A stretch of DNA of 64,000 bases from the human T2T-CHM13v2.0 reference genome, Homo sapiens. Location: contig CP068257.2 in NCBI GenBank assembly GCA_009914755.4, positions 1,216,001-1,280,000 of the forward strand, read 5' to 3'. Positions 61,801 through 64,000 of the stretch are shown here, one piece after another. The notes under the pieces are model-generated. The model was not told the DNA's origin and ran no database searches. It saw nothing but the letters and a program-made list of their open reading frames with translations. The translations under genes and the position numbers were made by a program. How positions within the stretch are numbered: the first letter of the stretch is position 1; each line of letters starts with the position of its first letter.

Positions 61801-64000
61801 AATATCAAAGTACCCAAGGTATATATTCTATACTATACAAAAAATATCAAAGTACCCAAAGCATGTATTATATACTGTACATAAAATATGAAAGTACATC
61901 AATTATATATTTTATTCTGTACATAAAATATCAAAGTACACCAGATATATATTCTATAGTGTACATAAAATATAAAAGTACCCAAACTATACATTATATA
62001 CTGTACATAAAATATGAAATTACATCAAATATGTATTATATTAGGTACATAAAATATGAAAGCATATCAAATATAGATTATATACTGTATATTAAATACC
62101 AAAGTACCCCAAATATATATTTTGTACTGTACATCAAATATCAAAGTTCACAAACTATATATTATATACTGTACATAAAATATCAAAGTACCCAAGGTAT
62201 ATATTCTATACTGTACAAAAAATATCAAAGTACCCAAAGCGTGTATTATATACTGTACATAAAATATGAAAGTACATCAAATATATATTTTATTCTGTAC
62301 ATAAAATATCAAAGTACACCAGATATATATTCTATAGTGTACATAAAATATCAAAGTACCCAAACTATACATTATATACTGTACATAAAATATGAGATTA
62401 CATCAAATATATATTATATTAGCTACATAAAATATGAAAGTACATCAGATATAGATTATATACTGTACATAAAATATCAAAGTACCCCAAATATATATTA
62501 TATACTCTACATGAAATATCAAAGTTCACAAACTATATATTATATACTGTACATAAAATATCAATGTACCCAAGGTATATATTCTATACTGTACAAAAAA
62601 TATCAAAGTACCCAAAGCATGTATTATATACTGTATACAAAATATGAAAATACATTAAATATATATTTTATTCTGTACATAAAATATCAAAGTACACCAG
62701 ATATGTATTCTATAGTGTACATAAAATAACAAATTACAAAAACTATAAATTATATACTGTACGTTAAATATGAAATTACATCAAATATATATTAGGTACA
62801 TAAAATATGAAAGTACATCAAATATAGATTATATACTGTACATATAATATCAATGTACCCCAAATATATATTTTATACTCTACATGAAATATCAAAGTTC
62901 ACAAACCATACATTATATACTGTACATAAAATATCAAAGTACCCAAGGTATATATTCTATACTGTACGAAAAATATCAAAGTACCCAAAGCATGTATTAT
63001 ATACTGTACATAAAATATGAAAGTACATCAAATATATATTTCATTCTGTACATAAAATATCAAAGTACACCAGATATATATTCTATAGTGTACATAAAAT
63101 ATCAAAGTACCCAAACTATACATTATATACTGTACATAAAATATGAAATTACATCAAATATATATTAGGTACATAAAATATGAAAGTATATCAAATATAG
63201 ATTATATACTGTACATATAATATCAATGTACCCCAAATATATATTTTATACTCTACATGAAATATCAAAATTCAAAAACCATATATTATATACTGTACAT
63301 AAAATATCAAAGTACCCAAGGTATATATTCTATACTGTACAAAAAATATCAAAGTACCCAAAGCATGTATTATATACTGTACATAAAATATGAAAGTACA
63401 TCAAATATATATTTTATTCTGTACATAAAATATCAAAGTACACCAGATATATATTCTATAGTGTACATAAAATATCAATGTACCCAAACTATACATTATA
63501 TACTGTACATAAAATATGAAATTACATCAAATATATATTATATTAGGTACATAAAATATGAAAACACATCAAATATAGATTATATACTGTACATTAAATG
63601 CCAAAGTACCCCAAATATATATTTTATACTGTACATCAAATATCAAAGTTCACAAACTATATATTATATACTGTACATAAAATATCAAAGTACCCAAGGT
63701 ATATATTCTATACTGTACAAAAAATATCAAAGTACCCAAAGCATGTATTATATACTGTACATAAAATATGAAAGTACATCAAATATATATTTTATTCTGT
63801 ACTTAAAACATCAAAATACACCAGATATATATTCTATAGTGTACATAAAATATCAAAGTACCCAAACTATACATTATATACTGTACATAAAATATGAAAT
63901 TACATCAAATATATATTAGGTACATAAAATATGAAAGTACATCAAATATAGATTATATACTGTACATAAAATATCAAAGTACCCAAATATATATTATATA
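52900..64000. repeat. HSat1A distal segment with nested HOR levels: ~376 bp, ~1129 bp (3 x 376), ~2250 bp and 4501 bp (12 x 375)
   Basis: Near-identical 198-aa ORFs at 55001, 56130 and 59502 (offsets 1129 and 4501). Pairs 53763/58264, 54514/59015 and 55001/59502 all sit at offset 4501. 53504/55757/58005 sit at ~2250. 61009 and 62884 sit at 1875. Confidence 0.6.

Larger units (their letters stand above)
25036..64000. repeat. Classical human satellite I (HSat1A / SAR-type) AT-rich array: 42-bp unit (17-bp A + 25-bp B, GTAC-delimited) with ~376-bp and kb-scale higher-order periodicities
   Basis: Extremely AT-rich. GTAC recurs at alternating 17- and 25-bp spacing (gtacataaaatatcaaa / gtacccaaactatacattatatact), the RsaI A/B organisation described for classical satellite I. 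The diverged marker monomer tattaggtacataaaatatgaaagtacatcaaatatagattatatact recurs every ~376-380 bp (e.g. ~53403, 53783, 54165, 54535, 54909, 55285). Almost no CpG. There is no Alu-like or GC-rich segment anywhere in 39 kb, which argues against the Alu-containing HSat1B/DYZ2 form. Confidence 0.8.

Noticed and set aside
1-64000. CRISPR array, because of highly regular short repeats
   Set aside because: The repeats are contiguous tandem satellites (5-bp and 42-bp units) with no unique spacers, and they sit in a eukaryotic heterochromatin context. They are not CRISPR.
1-64000. Y-chromosome Yq12 DYZ1 (HSat3) / DYZ2 (HSat1B) block boundary
   Set aside because: DYZ2 units contain an Alu-derived GC-richer segment and are ~2.4 kb. 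None is present in 39 kb of the AT-rich array. DYZ1 has a 3.56-kb HOR, whereas the HSat3 HORs here are ~1.4-2.15 kb.
25036-64000. Alpha-satellite or other centromeric repeat, or transposon (L1/Alu) insertions inside the arrays
   Set aside because: No 171-bp periodicity and no alphoid CENP-B-box-like motifs. I saw no GC-richer Alu-like stretch, no poly-A/target-site-duplication signature and no non-satellite unique insert at any array position.

Overview
The whole 64 kb window is tandemly repeated heterochromatic satellite DNA of a primate, most likely human. It consists of two different satellite arrays that abut directly, with no spacer. (1) Positions 1 to about 25035 are a (GGAAT)n-based satellite III (HSat3) array read in the G-rich orientation on the + strand. 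It shows the characteristic CAACCCGAGT and AATCAACACGAATGGAATGG punctuation decamers, HinfI (GAATC) sites and CCGG-containing AATCCGGGTGGAGTGGAATGG modules. (2) Positions about 25036 to 64000 are an AT-rich classical satellite I array (HSat1A, the RepeatMasker SAR type). It is built from a 42-bp unit split by RsaI/GTAC sites into 17-bp (GTACATAAAATATCAAA) and 25-bp (GTACCCAAACTATACATTATATACT) sub-units, overlaid by a ~376-bp (9 x 42) periodicity and kilobase-scale higher-order repeats (HORs). I find no credible protein-coding gene, RNA gene, CRISPR array, transposon or prokaryotic-type system. Every long ORF in the six-frame track is a translation artefact of low-complexity repeats: MEWNG... 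and IPFHS... from GGAAT/ATTCC, YILYIKYQST... from the AT-rich 42-mer. The notable content is structural. There is a base-pair-sharp HSat3/HSat1A junction that truncates an HSat3 HOR copy. The first ~1.5 kb of HSat1A next to the junction is more diverged. The HSat3 part contains several nested HORs of ~1.4, ~1.9 and ~2.15 kb. The HSat1A part contains a near-identical 2590-bp tandem duplication, 4.5-kb and 1.13-kb HOR levels, and small slippage duplications. The window most plausibly comes from a pericentromeric or acrocentric short-arm region where HSat3 and HSat1A are adjacent (e.g. chromosomes 3, 4, 13, 14, 21 in T2T assemblies). I cannot assign the chromosome without a database search.
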